DNA of 59,134 nt from Octopus bimaculoides. Taxonomy: Eukaryota. Below, piece by piece: positions 1-11,794 of the stretch (position 1 is its first letter; every line of letters begins with the position of its first letter). The position numbers and the translations under genes were made by a program. The DNA lies in the NCBI RefSeq assembly GCF_001194135.2, contig NC_068994.1, forward strand, positions 24,041,051 to 24,100,184, in the 5' to 3' direction. Below the pieces are notes generated by a model. The model saw only the letters and a list, made by a program, of their open reading frames with translations, was not told the DNA's origin and ran no database searches.

Positions 1-321
1 ACATATATATATACATAATATATATATGTATATATACATATATATGTTCATATATCTGGATCAATATGTACCATACTTAGGGTACATGAATAATTCGACC
101 TTGGAAAGAATAATATGGTCTTGATTTATTATTTTTTTTTCAGTAAAAATAAATAATATTGCTTTCTATATAAAGATTCACTTCAAATCGTTTTCTGAAC
201 TCTCTGTTTTTGACATCCTGACGTAGTAACTAAGTTTCACCTTCCTGTATTTGGCGTCTTAACCAGCTATTTGCACACACATGTATGTATACATCATTAC
301 AGTTGTGACTATATCTGATAC

Positions 322-1510
322 AGAATTTTAAAAGGTATTTTCATGTGAGAAAAAAAATTTCATACGGAGATATGCGCCTTTTTCCTGATTTTCCAATACA
401 TATTTCCGACATTTTTGGAACAAGTCGCCTTATTAACACTTGATATTCAGTTGTGACGATTTCAGATAAAAAATAATTGCTAAAAGTATTTTCATTCTTT
501 ATATTCTTCTCCTGGGGCATAACTACAGATTTCTGCTCCCCGACTTTGGATGATCATAACTTTCAGAAAAATGGATATTCTTTAATGACATTTTCTACGA
601 ATGTGTGTTATATCATGTACATTCTGAATATACAAATTTTTTTTGTGGGTGGGGAGAATGTTTTAGGAGGAGGTGGTGAAAGATTTTCAGAAAATTCACC
701 GGAGCCCACTTCAATTCGTCTTAACTTCAGGAAAATGGATATTTTTTAATGAAATTGTCTATAAATACACCTCGGACTATGTACATTCCGAGCATATAGA
801 AATTTTTGGAGAAAACAATTGGGGGTTATTTTGGGATGTTTCGGAACAAGTCCTACATATTTGATTCATTTTCTACGTTTTGTACGTTTCTGCATCCGTG
901 GATTTCTGCAGAAGCAACTGGTAATGAAGGTAAATGAAATATATGTGAGTAAAGAATTTCTAAAGATACTTTCATATGAGAAAAAATTTCATACGGAGAT
1001 AAATGCCTGTCTCTTGATTTCCAATACATATTTCCGACATTTTTGGAACAAGTCGCCTTATTAACACTTGATATTCAGTTGTGACGATTTCAGATAAAAA
1101 GGAATTTCTAAAGGTACTTTCATTTTTTATATTCTTCTCCTGCGACATAACTACAGATTTCTGCTCCCCGACCTTGGATAATCATAACTTTCAGAAAAAT
1201 GTATATTTTAAAATTAAATTTACGACGAATATGCACCCCCACTCCTTCACTTTTCAATTTTTCCCAAACTTTTTCGGCTTGGGTTCACAAGCGTACAAAA
1301 CGGAGAAAATGAAATAAATATGGACAACTTGTTCAGAAACACACCCGAGTGGGGAACAGTTCTCAAAAATAACTCCCAAATGTTTTCCCCAGACATCCTA
1401 TATGCTCAGAATCTACGTAGTCCGAGGTATATTTGTAGACAATTTCATTAAAAAATATCCATTTTGCTGGAAGTTAAGACAAATTGAAGTGGACCCCTGT
1501 GAATTTTCCC
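322..1510. repeat. Modular non-autonomous repeat (Helitron- or foldback-like) with internal direct and inverted duplications
   Basis: ~322-600 is directly repeated at ~953-1225 (CATACGGAGAT...CCGACATTTTTGGAACAAGTCGCCTTATTAACACTTGATATTCAGTTGTGACGATTTCAGATAAAAA...). ~688-838 is the reverse complement of ~1360-1510. The 517-780 module recurs at ~52404-52665. Class assignment is inference. Confidence 0.6.
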
Positions 1511-1620
1511 TCACGGTAAATATTTCGTAAAAGACCCGTTCATAACCTCGGTATAAGATAATTTTTTTTCCATAGGTTTTTTATTTTTTTCGAGCGCATT
1601 CAACGTATCTCACCTTCAAA

Positions 1621-1733
1621 GATTTGGCTGCTATTTCCAGCACGCCTTGATACCACGTAACAGATATCTGCGATAAAGGACCCGAAATACCAGTTACGTG
1701 GTAGCAGGTCGTGCAAGAAATAGCAGCCAAATC
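1621..1733. repeat. ~113-nt imperfect palindrome (long hairpin)
   Basis: GATTTGGCTGCTATTTC (1621-1637) pairs perfectly with GAAATAGCAGCCAAATC (1717-1733), and inner TACCACGTAAC pairs with GTTACGTGGTA. Arms are about 45-50 nt. Confidence 0.85.
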
Positions 1734-2064
1734 ATTCCTTTTCTGGGGAAAGGAGCCGTTTATGCATGATTTCGATGTCAAATTCGTTGAAAGCATGCGA
1801 GATACATATCTGCAAGAAAATTCACATAGAATTGGATGAAATGTATATTATTACTGGACTGAAAAATTATTAGACCTATTTCCATCCGACCTCAACAATC
1901 CAAATCACTTGGAGTTGTTGAAATCGGATCAACAGTAGCATAGAAATGATCCAATTCTTTACGGTTATTCGGCAGAGTAACATATTTTGTCTGTGTTGTG
2001 TGGACGCCTCCAGACGATAAGTAAGCTAATCCAATTCGTATAAATAGTGGAAGCGTCGCGTAGA

Positions 2065-3876
2065 GAATTTTTGAGTTGTTGATTTAGTTTGGCGAGAACG
2101 TTGTTGTTGAGAGCGGTGAGTCGTTGCAATTTGGATTTTTTGAAACTGTTATTTGTTGGAATTTTAAGATTTGTTAATTATTGTTAACTTTGTTTATTTC
2201 TTCCCCATTTTGGGGTGAAGCTATGGAAGCTGGCAGTTACGCTGCGGTGGCGAGCAAAAGCCTGCCAGCCAACGTTCTGCAATTGAAGGAATTGACGTTA
2301 AAGGAAAAAGACTTTAAAATGTACCAAGGATTTTTTTAAAAAGAGGGAGACTCCCTCAGGCTGATACCCCTGGTAGAAGCGATGGAAAGGGCAGAAAGGA
2401 GAATAATTACTTACAGAACTCTGAACGTAGAAACGAAAAGAGTGGAAGTAGCGGAGTTTGATGCCATTGAAGAATCCCTGCGCCAAGTGAAGGGAGTAAC
2501 GACATTCTATACCCGTGGAAGGAAGTACGGTACTATGGTGGTTCGCTTCGTGAACGAGGATGAAGGGAAAAAGTACTCCACGGTGCCGTTGAAATCAGCC
2601 AGGTGGGCACTTTTGCTAACCTACCGTGGTAAAAGAGCGACGAGAGTACGGATAGGGAGGGTGCCGCCCGAAATAGATGAGGAATGGCTGGTGGCAGCTA
2701 TCCTGTGCAACTGTGAGGAGGAAACCGAGATTATCAAAGTGGCGAAGTCAGCAGAGATAAACCGAAGAGGATATGGGCTGGAAATCATGGTCCATATAAC
2801 CCTGCTAGACTTGCACAAGATAGCAGAGGAGTTGTGCTCCCCGATGACACCCGGTTGAGAATCGTTGGGGAGGGGAGACGTCCGATATGTTATAATTGCG
2901 GTACAAGTTGGCGCGTGAAGGCAAGGTGTCCCCAGGGACAAGAGGAAAGAACGGAGAACCAGGTGGAGGTGGAAGAAGCAGTAGTGGAGGAGGATAAGGA
3001 GGTGGAGGAAATAGTAGGGGACAAAAAAAGAACACGTGCGAAGTCACCGCCAAAAAGCCCGAAAAAGATGAGAAAAGTGGAAAAAGTACAAGAGAAAAAA
3101 TTAGTAAGGAAAAGAGTAAAAATCGAACCCCAGAACCAGAGCCAACAACAAGTAGGAAAGAAGAAATAGACAGAGAGGAGAAATATGAGGAGTGGAAAGA
3201 GGAAGTAAGGAAGAGAATGGAATATGTGAGGCAAAGAAAGCAGCCGACTGGACGACACTTAAGAATGATGATAATTTACGATAAGAATGTGGAAATTGAG
3301 AAAAAGATCGCAAAGGTAAAGAATTTAATAAGAGTAAGACTGGATGAAGAGGTGTTTGGTCGTGAGGAAAGAGCAGTACTGTTGGAGAGAGAGAGAGAGT
3401 CGAGAAATTAACTGAATTGTTTGGAACAAGAATAAGGAAAACTGGACTGTACTTACAGTACGATACATTACCGAATGTTGTCGAGTTTGATGACTTGACG
3501 GATTACATGCTAGATATGTAAAATCGTATAAAAGACTGATTCAATTATGATTTATTAGAATAGTAAAATGGAACTGCTTGCTTTGGGGAGCTCGTAAGCC
3601 ATTGCATTTTTTCATTCTTTAATCCGATGTGACCCGCCGGATGATACACGGACTGGTGACTTGCAATGGTATGTTACATGTTTAGTTAATTGTTATTTAA
3701 ATAATTGATTGTAAACAAGATTAATGTGATAAGGGGCGCATGCAGCCATTCATAATTTCATTGTTATATAACCATTTCATTCATATTCGTTCTATGTGTT
3801 GTCCCCTTTATGGTGTCCTGTCTGTCCTTGTTTGTTCCCCTCTATGTTGAGCCCTTGTGGTTATAATAAAGAAACA
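2065..3876 (+). mobile_element. ORF1-only Tx1/L1-like non-LTR element (no endonuclease or RT)
   Basis: Contains a 5' UTR, a gag-like ORF1 homologous to the ORF1 of the 37-42 kb LINE, then a 3' UTR ending CCCTTGTGG..AATAAAGAAAC, like the 42275-42296 end of that LINE. Possible degenerate TSD: GGAAGCGTCGCGTAGA (2049-2064) versus GGAGCCGTCGGTAGA (3877-3891). Confidence 0.7.
2223..3521 (+). pseudogene. Disrupted LINE ORF1/gag-like nucleic-acid-binding protein with zinc knuckle
   Basis: ATG at 2223 gives MEAGSYAAVASK (the SYAxV ORF1 N-terminal motif). In-frame TAA at 2337 and a frameshift near 2840. Degenerate CCHC knuckle CYNCGTSWRVKARC. A K/E-rich tail continues through further frameshifts to ...DDLTDYMLDM* (3521). 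Confidence 0.75.
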
Positions 3877-4149
3877 GGAGCCGTCGGTAGACTAGACGTC
3901 GAGTTCTGTTGAGTCGTGTCATCGGAAGCGAGAGTTCGGTAGTTGAGGTACGTTATTGGCGAAAGCACGCCATCCGAACGTGCGATATAACAGTCTGATT
4001 TTGTGTTGTATATCTAAACGTATGTGTTATACATACATATAACATACATTTTCGGTTACCTATATACATATGCATCCAGAGGTGCATGTAAACTATTTTA
4101 TGCAATAAACTTGTTATTCTATGCTATTTCTGTTACCTCTATCCATGGG

Positions 4150-4440
4150 TATAGCAAAGTAGATTTAGAAAGAAATATGAAAAAGTTATTTAAATTTGTG
4201 AAGAGCCACGGTTTATCACTATAAATGAGAACCATGGATTAGTGAACTTCCTTGATGCCTCTTTAGACTTAAACACAAGTCTCAACAGACCCTACCATAA
4301 ACTGAATGAAAATATAAAATACAAGTCCAGGTTCAACCATCTTGGAGCTATTATCAGGAATATCTCACATACAATATTCAAACTTCTGGCCTATGAGAAG
4401 ATCTCATATATCATAGCTCATATAACAATACACTTACTAT
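4150..4440 (+). mobile_element. Penelope-like element RT C-terminal remnant
   Basis: Translates to ...KKLFKFVKSHGLSL..VNFLDASLDLNTSLNRPYHKLNENIKY..., matching the PLE RT NFLD-x-LDL...Y-x-PY-x-K motif, with stops. Confidence 0.6.
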
Positions 4441-4923
4441 GACTGTAAACTTCACTAAAATCTGAGAGTTCTCCTACCTATGAGAGAGTAAACGATTTTC
4501 AACTCGCTGTGCACTGCAGGTTAGGTTATTGCAACAATAATAGCAACACCGACATAGGCAATAGGAGTTATAGTAGCAATCCTTACCACTGTTGAGCAAA
4601 AGGTCGGCATAGCTTACTGCGGAGAGACGAATCAACTAGGGATGCTGCTCGTCACGAAAGAGACAGTGATAGTCAGCGTGGCCGATTAAGTGAGCGTGAA
4701 AATCTTGTGGTATAACACACTTTTTAGAAAACATGTATATGTGGATATCTTTGCGCATCCTTAGGTGTGTATACATGTAGGTGTATGTTTGATACGTATG
4801 CGTTTTGTTTTGCATAAGTGCATATGTGTGTTGTGCGGTCTATATATGTGTATGTGCATTGCATATATGCAAATGAAGGCGTGCGTATGTACATACATGT
4901 CTGTAAGTATATATGCATGTGTG

Positions 4924-4972
<49 letters not shown>

Positions 4973-4981
4973 TTATATATC

Positions 4982-5349
4982 TTTTATCTTTTATTTGTTC
5001 CAGTCATTTCACTGCAGCTTTTCAGGAGCACCGCCTTGAAGGGTTTTAGTCAAACAAATCTACCCAAGAAGTTTTTTTAAACCTAGTACTTATTCTTTCG
5101 GTATCTTTTGCCGAACCGCTAAGTTACGGGGACGTAAACACGGCAATACCGGTTGTCAAACAGTGGTGGGAGATAAAAACAGACACACACACTCACACAT
5201 GTATACATGCTTATTTCAGTGTCGTCTACCATATCTACTCACGATGTTTTGGTCCCGATGCTATAGTAGACGACACTTGCCCAAGGTGTTACGCAGTGGG
5301 ACCGAACCTGGAACCATGTGCTTGGAAAGCAAACTTCTTACCACACAGC
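4982..5349 (-). mobile_element. tRNA-derived SINE (octopus-type), near full length
   Basis: Minus-strand head GCTGTGTGGTAAGAAG...GGTTCGGTCCC (A/B-box-like), a core, an internal CA tract and a GGCGGTGCTCC...ACAAATAAAAGATAAAAGA tail. Homologous to many other copies in the window. Confidence 0.85.
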
Positions 5350-5563
5350 TTATCAAGGGATCTAAGTGTACAAAGTTTGTAAGATTCGAGCAATTAACTT
5401 GGGATTCTCAAACGTCATACACATTACCTACATATAATTAAGGTATCCTTAGCCTGATTAGTAGATAGCTGAGTACCCTTTGTTGAGTAATTATTACATC
5501 AGAGGATCAGCTAGCTAGGAAACATATGTAGTCTAGATTTTACCCGCTACACTCCCTTTATTT

Positions 5564-5614
<51 letters not shown>

Positions 5615-6639
5615 TTGTATGATATAAAAATTGTGAAATCTTTTATAAAAATAATACAAATAAATTATAAGTTGTAAAGCTCTAAAAGAAAAGGGAGATG
5701 CCAAACACCTACTTGTATGTTTCGATTCCTGTCCTTAGGTGACACGTAATTCTAAGCATTTGGTTGAATGCCAAGAATTGGTATCATTTTCCACTATATG
5801 GGGCAGAATCTCGTCAGGGTTTTATGAGCTTATAGAACAAAGATTAACATATTTCTTGAAAGGATGCATACAAATAAGTAAAAGAAGTTATATCATATAG
5901 ATAAGGCTTACTTATCTAGCTAGTGGGTTATAGATAATAGTAAAGATACAATAAAGTAAAAAAAAATAACGTAAAAATAAGGGTAAAGAAAGAAGACAAA
6001 GAAAAAGGATGTAAAATGAAAAAGTCAATAATTAATAGGAAGTAAAGAAAAGAAAAAATATAAATGCATGTAAAATAAAAATAATATAAATTTAAGTAAA
6101 AGGAAAAAATATCTAAATATGCAAGGGAAGCATTATATGATAAAATAAAAGGATCAATTAGATAGTAAAAAAATTACTGGTCAGGCGTTCTAGATAAATT
6201 TATTTCCATTGGTTTGGTAATAGATACAGTTCAGGAAAAACTATACATGGGTAGCGTTCACATTATTTTGTGTCACATTTATAAGTGAGTATAGATAAAA
6301 GTTTGAAAAAAATTGACTGTTAAAATATGTATCTTGAAAACCTTACTTGTAAACCCTTAGTCGTCAATATATAAAAAATGTATACATTCAAATTCATGTG
6401 TTTATACATTGGCACATGTATACAGTTCCAACTCTGTCTGTTTTTTATGTTTTATTTATATTCTTATAAAATTAATGTGGGATAGAGAATATGGAATATA
6501 TAAAATATAAATAGTAAAATAAAATGAAGTATTGAATGTCTTATTGAATATATGAAATACTGAGTATTAAATATATAAGGACTAGCATACTTTCCTGCCT
6601 CATGGCAGTCATCAAGGTCCCCCACAAAAAGACATCGCT

Positions 6640-6810
6640 TGACAACCAATGCTTGTGTGTTTACATCCCTGTAACATAGCGGTTCGTCAAACGAGTCCGA
6701 TAGAATAAGAACTTGGCTTACAAAGAATAAGTCCTGGGGTCGATTTCCTCGATTAAAGCCAGTGCTCCAGTATGACCGCAGTCAAATGACTGAAACAAAG
6801 AAAGAAAAAG
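6640..6810 (+). mobile_element. SINE 3' half
   Basis: TTTACATCCCTGTAACATAGCGGTTCG...GGGGTCGATTT...GTGCTCCAGTATGACCGCAGTCAAATGACTGAAACAAAG matches the tail of the other copies. Confidence 0.8.
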
Positions 6811-7114
6811 GAATCTATATATACTCTTANNNNNNNNNNNNNNNNNNNNNNNNNNNNNNNNNNNNNNNNNNNNNNNNNNNNNNNNNNNNNNNNNNNNNNN
6901 NNNNNNNNNNNNNNNNNNNNNNNNNNNNNNNNNNNNNNNNNNNNNNNNNNNNNNNNNNNNNNNNNNNNNNNNNNNNNNNNNNNNNNNNNNNNNNNNNNNN
7001 NNNNNNNNNNNNNNNNNNNNNNNNNNNNNNNNNNNNNNNNNNNNNNNNNNNNNNNNNNNNNNNNNNNNNNNNNNNNNNNNNNNNNNNNNNNNNNNNNNNN
7101 NNNNNNNNNNNNNN

Positions 7115-7144
<30 letters not shown>

Positions 7145-7152
<8 letters not shown>

Positions 7153-7320
7153 GACAGGCTTCTTTCTGTTTCCGTCTACCAAATTCACTAACAAGGCTTT
7201 GGTCGTCCCGGGCCTGAAGCCATAGTAGAAGACATTTGCCGAAGGTGCCACGCAGTGGGACTGAACCCAGAATCATGAGGCTCGTAAACAAGCTACTTAC
7301 CACACATCCACTCCTGCGCA
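7145..7320 (-). mobile_element. SINE 5' head
   Basis: CCGTCTACCAAATTCAC...GTGCCACGCAGTGGGACTGAACCC...CTTACCACAC is the reverse complement of the SINE head and abuts (TA)n. Confidence 0.8.
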
Positions 7321-7423
7321 CCTTCTATTTATAAATGTTCTATATTATACACAAACTTGTTTTTTTTATCTCGTTACGAAATGTATGTATGTATGTATGT
7401 ATGTATGTATGTATGTATGTATG

Positions 7424-7460
<37 letters not shown>

Positions 7461-7670
7461 CAAAGAATATATATACATGTATACACACATATATGTACAT
7501 ACTTACATCTACATGTGTATATACATGCATATCAGGGTACAGGACGTTAGAACAATAAACTACAGACAACGGAACGAACATATAGGAAAACGGAAAGCCA
7601 CTTGGAATATCCCTTCATCAGCTGTCTCTATTCTATCTAGACGTTTCGGTAAATATTGGAGTCAACAAGT

Positions 7671-8115
7671 AGTACGGTTGGACATTTATCTTTTAATCAC
7701 TACAATCGTTTCCACGCAACGTAGTTCTCCAGGCGTGCAGGTACTTGACTATGCCACCGTTTCCTTGCATTATGAGATCTAGTTGTGTTTCCTCAGGCGA
7801 TATATAAATATTGTCTCTGTAAGTTCAAATTCCCACTACATGTATACACTTAAAGCAGTTTCCCAACGGCCCTTCAGCAACAACTCACCTTGATAAGCTC
7901 AGGGACTACTACTAGATTCAGGCTGCAACAGACAGAGATGTACTTGAAACCGAGAATTTTGAACTTACGCAGGCAATATTTATATATTGCCTGAGGAAAC
8001 ACAACAGGATCTCATAATGCAGAGAAACAGCTGCATAATTAAATACCTGCAAGCCTGGAGAACGACGTTGCATGGAAACAATTGTAGTGATTCAAAAATA
8101 AATCTCTACCGTACT
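7671..8115. mobile_element. Foldback/MITE-like element with ~160-bp terminal inverted repeats
   Basis: 7671-~7830 (AGTACGGT...GTAAGTTCAAATT) is the reverse complement of ~7955-8115 (AATTTTGAACTTAC...ACCGTACT) at high identity, with a spacer of about 125 bp. No clear TSD. Confidence 0.8.
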
Positions 8116-8184
8116 CCTTCTTCTTGATTCCAATTTTTTACTCTACTACATTCTTAACATAATATTCCATAACTATATATACAC

Positions 8185-8425
8185 ACATATATATAGCAGA
8201 GATACCCGGCGTTGCTCGGAATTAAAGTGGCATAGTTTTCTAGTCTTTTACTTGTTTCATTTATGTGAGTGCGGCCATGGTGGAGCACCGCCTTTAGTCG
8301 AACAATTTGACTCCAGGGTTTATTCTTTGTAAACCTAATACTTATTCAATCGGAGTGTTTTGCCGAAATGCTATTTACGGGGACGTTAACACTCCAACAT
8401 CGGTTGTCAAGCGATGGCAGGGGTA

Positions 8426-8482
<57 letters not shown>

Positions 8483-9470
8483 ACACGCACACACACACAC
8501 AAATATATATACACATATATACGACACATATAGACACATATAGACACATATATACGACAGTCTTCTTTCAGTTTCCGTGTATGAAATCCACTCACAAGGT
8601 TTTGGTCGGCCTGAGGCTATGGTATNNNNNNNNNNNNNNNNNNNNNNNNNNNNNNNNNNNNNNNNNNNNNNNNNNNNNNNNNNNNNNNNNNNNNNNNNNN
8701 NNNNNNNNNNNNNNNNNNNNNNNNNNNNNNNNNNNNNNNNNNNNNNNNNNNNNNNNNNNNNNNNNNNNNNNNNNNNNNNNNNNNNNNNNNNNNNNNNNNN
8801 NNNNNNNNNNNNNNNNNNNNNNNNNNNNNNNNNNNNNNNNNNNNNNNNNNNNNNATACATATACATATATATATATATACATATATACATAAATACATAA
8901 TGCCCTTACATAAATATATATATACACACACACATACAAACATCTACATCAGGTTTGGTAAAGAAAAGGTGATCAAGTTGTGATTACAGACAGACGGACA
9001 GACAAATAGACAAAAAACATTATATGTATATAGATTAAGCACATATATTAAATGTTAATTTAAGGGTCAATATGTAACTGTAAATACTTTGCAACGTTGC
9101 AACTGCTACGATAATTATTAGCAGGTAACTGAACGGTAAATGTATAAAATAAGATGTTCTTAGTGTTATCACATTAAAATTAAAAGTGAAGCAATAAAAG
9201 TGAAACAATATTAGAAGTGAAAGAATAAAAGTGAAGCAATAATATCGAACGTAATATCGAACCAGTCTAAGAGATTACTCCGGGCCCACATTAGGCAAGA
9301 ATTTGAGAAGTCTTGGCCCATGACACTTCAGGGAACCTAAGTATTGCATGTGTAAAATTTGAATGAAATCGATTGGGTAGTTCCCGAGTTTTAGTGATGC
9401 ACACATACATACAGACAGACATACACAGACACGCATTCACAATTTTATGTATGTATGTATGTATGTATGT
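8185..9470 (+). mobile_element. Fragments of non-autonomous Helitron-like (DINE/HINE-type) repeats, interrupted by a SINE and a gap
   Basis: TATATAGCAGAGATACCCGGCGTTGCTCGG 5'-type motif (~8190-8220). 3'-type motifs ACAGACAGACGGACAGAC...TATATAGAT (~8985-9035) and GAAATCGATTGGGTAGTTCCCGAGTT...ACAGACAGAC (~9365-9420). Assigned by resemblance only. Confidence 0.4.
8244..8625 (-). mobile_element. tRNA-derived SINE, head lost in gap
   Basis: TCTTTTACTTGTTTCA...GGAGCACCGCC...TTTTGCCGAA...ACGGGGACGTTAAC, then a CA/TA tract and TTCAGTTTCCGT...CTCACAAGGTTTTGGTCGGCC. Confidence 0.8.
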
Positions 9471-9923
9471 GTTAAGAAAAAAGAGGCAGTCAGAATTTTG
9501 GATAAATCTTTATCATCGCTTTCATCCATTCATGAGGATTTTTCAGAATAAATTTTATAGAAAGTTTCTTGGTTTTTATAGAAATGGAGAGGTGGGGCGG
9601 TGAAAGAGGACAGAGAGAGAAAGGCAGGAGAGGAGGAGAGAGAGCAATGACGGGAAAGAAAGCAAAGAGGGAGATTATATATTTTGTGGGATGGTCGGTG
9701 TTGAGGTAACTAATGACATTTCAGGGTGTCAATTTTGTTTTTTAAAGAAAGGCGGGTTGGGGAGGGGGAAGACAGGAAGAGAGAAAGAGAAAGAAAAAAA
9801 ATGAGTGATGAAAGAGAAAGACATATAAAAGGGCTTCTTTTCAATGGTCAGACTGTTGAAGTTTAAATACAATTCAAGACATTAATTTTTATTTAGTTAT
9901 TGGTTTTGAAAGCAAATCTCTCA

Positions 9924-10013
<90 letters not shown>

Positions 10014-10079
10014 NNNNNNNNNNNNNNNNNNNNNNNNNNNNNNNNNNNNNNNNNNNNNNNNNNNNNNNNNNNNNNNNNN

Positions 10080-10139
<60 letters not shown>

Positions 10140-11315
10140 TACCTTTCCTCTCTTATTATATACATATTTACATGTTTGCAAACATTTACATACACTCTAC
10201 ACATAATACCCACAATACACCTCAAGTACCTCTCATTTTTCTTCGTTCCTTCTCTTTCTCCTCTTACATACATTTTAATGTTTGTAAATATATATACATA
10301 AACTCACACGTTACACACATGCATACACACCTACATGTAAAGTAATATGCTTATATATCCATATATATTTGTGTATACACGCACACATATACATAATATG
10401 CATATATATGATCATACACACACATACAAGCAAACACACACATACAAGCAAACACACACATACAAGCAAACACACGTATACATAGATATATACACATATA
10501 CACAGATACATGCATACATATACACATATGTACATATATACACACTCACACATACATACTCTGTCGCACGTGCACACAACTGTATGTGTGTATACATATT
10601 TTTTTATGTCATCAAGAAGGCATCAGTGTAAGTTGAGGAGCAAAAATAGTGATTCTTAAGTAAGTACTATCACAATTATAAAATGTGAAATAAATTTAAA
10701 AAGTCCAATTGAAAATGAAAACATACATTCGCTCCTATGTTTATTGATTTGTACGGCCTTACTGAGTTTAGAAAGTGGTCTTAATCGGTTACGGGTTGAT
10801 TTCCACCGTACACACACAGGTACTTTTTGGTAATCTCACCTCCATTAAAAATTTGGGTTATCTCCCCCAAGTAAAATAATTGTTTAACCCTCAATAAGAC
10901 AAAAACAAATGAAAAATTAATAAACATGAAAAGTGAAAAGATTAGACGCCTTATCGAATCTAATAATATTTTTATAATAAATCATACAAAACTGAAAAAA
11001 AAGTTAAACATGAAAACTGAAAAAATTAAACATCATATTGAATGTAATAACATTTTTATAACAAATCATAGCGTTCCTATTGAGGAGGCGAAACGTCAAC
11101 AATGTGTTGAAGTATTGAATCAAAAGGATGTAACCCTTTTAATCCAATCTCTTGTAGCCACATAAACTCAGCTTTTCAGTGGCAATTTTTCAATGGCAAT
11201 TTTTTAATGGGGACGAAATAACCAAAATGTACCCACACACACATGCACACATATATACACAAATATTGCAAATAAATTCTCTTATACAATAGTGAGTATG
11301 TACTTTGCATAAGAA

Positions 11316-11373
<58 letters not shown>

Positions 11374-11762
11374 NNNNNNNNNNNNNNNNNNNNNNNNNNN
11401 NNNNNNNNNNNNNNNNNNNNNNNNNNNNNNNNNNNNNNNNNNNNNNNNNNNNNNNNNNNNNNNNNNNNNNNNNNNNNNNNNNNNNNNNNNNNNNNNNNNN
11501 NNNNNNNNNNNNNNNNNNNNNNNNNNNNNNNNNNNNNNNNNNNNNNNNNNNNNNNNNNNNNNNNNNNNNNNNNNNNNNNNNNNNNNNNNNNNNNNNNNNN
11601 NNNNNNNNNNNNNNNNNNNNNNNNNNNNNNNNNNNNNNNNNNNNNNNNNNNNNNNNNNNNNNNNNNNNNNNNNNNNNNNNNNNNNNNNNNNNNNNNNNNN
11701 NNNNNNNNNNNNNNNNNNNNNNNNNNNNNNNNNNNNNNNNNNNNNNNNNNNNNNNNNNNNNN

Positions 11763-11794
<32 letters not shown>

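Larger units (their letters stand above)
1994..3992 (+). mobile_element. Short solo LTR (about 170 bp when reconstituted) interrupted by a LINE derivative
   Basis: Begins TGTTG (1994) and ends TAACA (3992), flanked by the identical 5-mer GTCTG (1989-1993 and 3993-3997). TATAAATA at 2039-2046. LTR halves are about 1994-2064 and 3892-3992. Confidence 0.7.

Noticed and set aside
7597-7650. Minus-strand CCGAAACGTC...CTGATGAAGG resembling hammerhead core boxes in permuted (type II) order
   Set aside because: No convincing stem I between the boxes and no GAAA after the downstream hairpin. It may be a deleted remnant of another PLE-type terminal repeat, but a ribozyme cannot be supported from this copy.
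10919-11070. Two diverged ~80-bp tandem units forming ORF 10926-11165, and 18-bp triplets at ~10415-10470
   Set aside because: Low-complexity local duplications with no domain signature or splice support.
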